A stretch of 32,000 nucleotides of DNA, taken from NCBI RefSeq assembly GCF_000015225.1, contig NC_008698.1, positions 1,320,001 to 1,352,000 on the forward strand, read 5' to 3'. How positions within the stretch are numbered: the first letter of the stretch is position 1; each line of letters begins with the position of its first letter. The position numbers and the translations under genes are program-made. Below are positions 31,676-32,000 of this stretch, one piece after another. The notes beneath the pieces are model-generated. The model saw nothing but the letters and a program-made list of their open reading frames with translations, was not told the DNA's origin and made no database searches. This stretch comes from Thermofilum pendens Hrk 5 (GTDB lineage Archaea; Thermoproteota; Thermoprotei; Thermofilales; Thermofilaceae).

Positions 31676-32000
31676 CTAGTAGGCTCCGAGTAGCCCCTTT
31701 CTCTTCAAGTTCTTCTCCACGAGAGCCAAGGACGCGAAACCGGCTACTAGGTAAGCCGCGGTTTCCGCTAGAAAGACTATCCACTCCAGCCCTACGGGTA
31801 GCAGGGTCTCCGTCCCCGCCGCGTGGTGCCTCAGCAAGTCGCCGGTATACGTGAAGGGCAACAGGTAGGCAGGTATCCTCAGGGGTTCCGGCAGCGCGGT
31901 GACGGGGAAGAAGACGCCGCAGAGCCCCAGGAAGACGAACTGCAGTATGCTGGTTAGAGGGCCAACGTTCTTGAACCTGAAGACTGCCGCTCCGTAGAGC
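31676..32000 (-). CDS. ABC-2-type transporter permease, C-terminal part (gene starts beyond the right edge)
   Basis: The frame stays open from 31999 down to the stop at 31676. My own translation is ...FKNVGPLTSILQFVFLGLCGVFFPVTALPEPLRIPAYLLPFTYTGDLLRHH...VAGFASLALVEKNLKRKGLLGAY. The FFP...LP...P.TY...LR pattern is typical of ABC-2 permease C-termini. Confidence 0.55.
   Translation of the reverse strand, partial: LYGAAVFRFKNVGPLTSILQFVFLGLCGVFFPVTALPEPLRIPAYLLPFTYTGDLLRHHAAGTETLLPVGLEWIVFLAETAAYLVAGFASLALVEKNLKRKGLLGAY

Overview
High-GC, tightly packed archaeal chromosome segment. Several signals point to a hyperthermophilic crenarchaeon, but the species cannot be determined by eye. These signals are: first genes placed about 25-30 nt behind TATA/BRE boxes (leaderless style), GAGGTG Shine-Dalgarno boxes only before internal operon genes, PaREP1 and 'archaeal ATPase' families, a C/D-box sRNA, and a CRISPR repeat whose transcript ends in ATTGAAAG. 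Content from left to right: (1) The start of a type III (Csm-like) CRISPR effector operon, csm2/cas11-csm3-csm4, on the minus strand and running off the left edge. (2) Divergent from it, a three-ORF cassette of unknown function: an ABC/SMC-type ATPase with a degenerate P-loop plus two orphan ORFs. (3) A CRISPR array of 8 intact 25-nt repeats plus decayed trailer repeats, transcribed on the minus strand from an AT-richer leader that carries a 26-nt inverted-repeat pair. (4) A LOG/SLOG (TIGR00725-like) gene and a PaREP1 gene. (5) A five-gene polycistron: GlpA-like dehydrogenase, partner flavoprotein, FGGY kinase, and a GlcD/GlcF-like pair. (6) A CinA-like gene, then an AT-richer islet with a TM/PH-like/Zn-ribbon protein and vapBC-1. 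(7) An HTH/PRT-like regulator, an archaeal ATPase, spermidine synthase, and a C/D-box sRNA. (8) A RACo-like 2Fe-2S/ASKHA protein, MFS transporter, methyltransferase, alpha/beta hydrolase, and a secreted subtilase. (9) vapBC-2, an MBL hydrolase, and a small membrane protein. (10) A nurA-herA pair without mre11/rad50, abutted with zero spacing by a cysteine-synthase-family PLP enzyme. This is followed by a 54-aa Zn-ribbon ORF missing from the ORF track, an MNT-HEPN pair, and the 3' end of an ABC-2 permease. The best candidates for something new are the orphan cassette between the type III genes and the array, and the stand-alone nurA-herA-PLP unit. Both are hypotheses that need homology and structure searches I cannot run. 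Many long ORFs in the track are antisense or alternate-frame shadows typical of high-GC DNA and were rejected.
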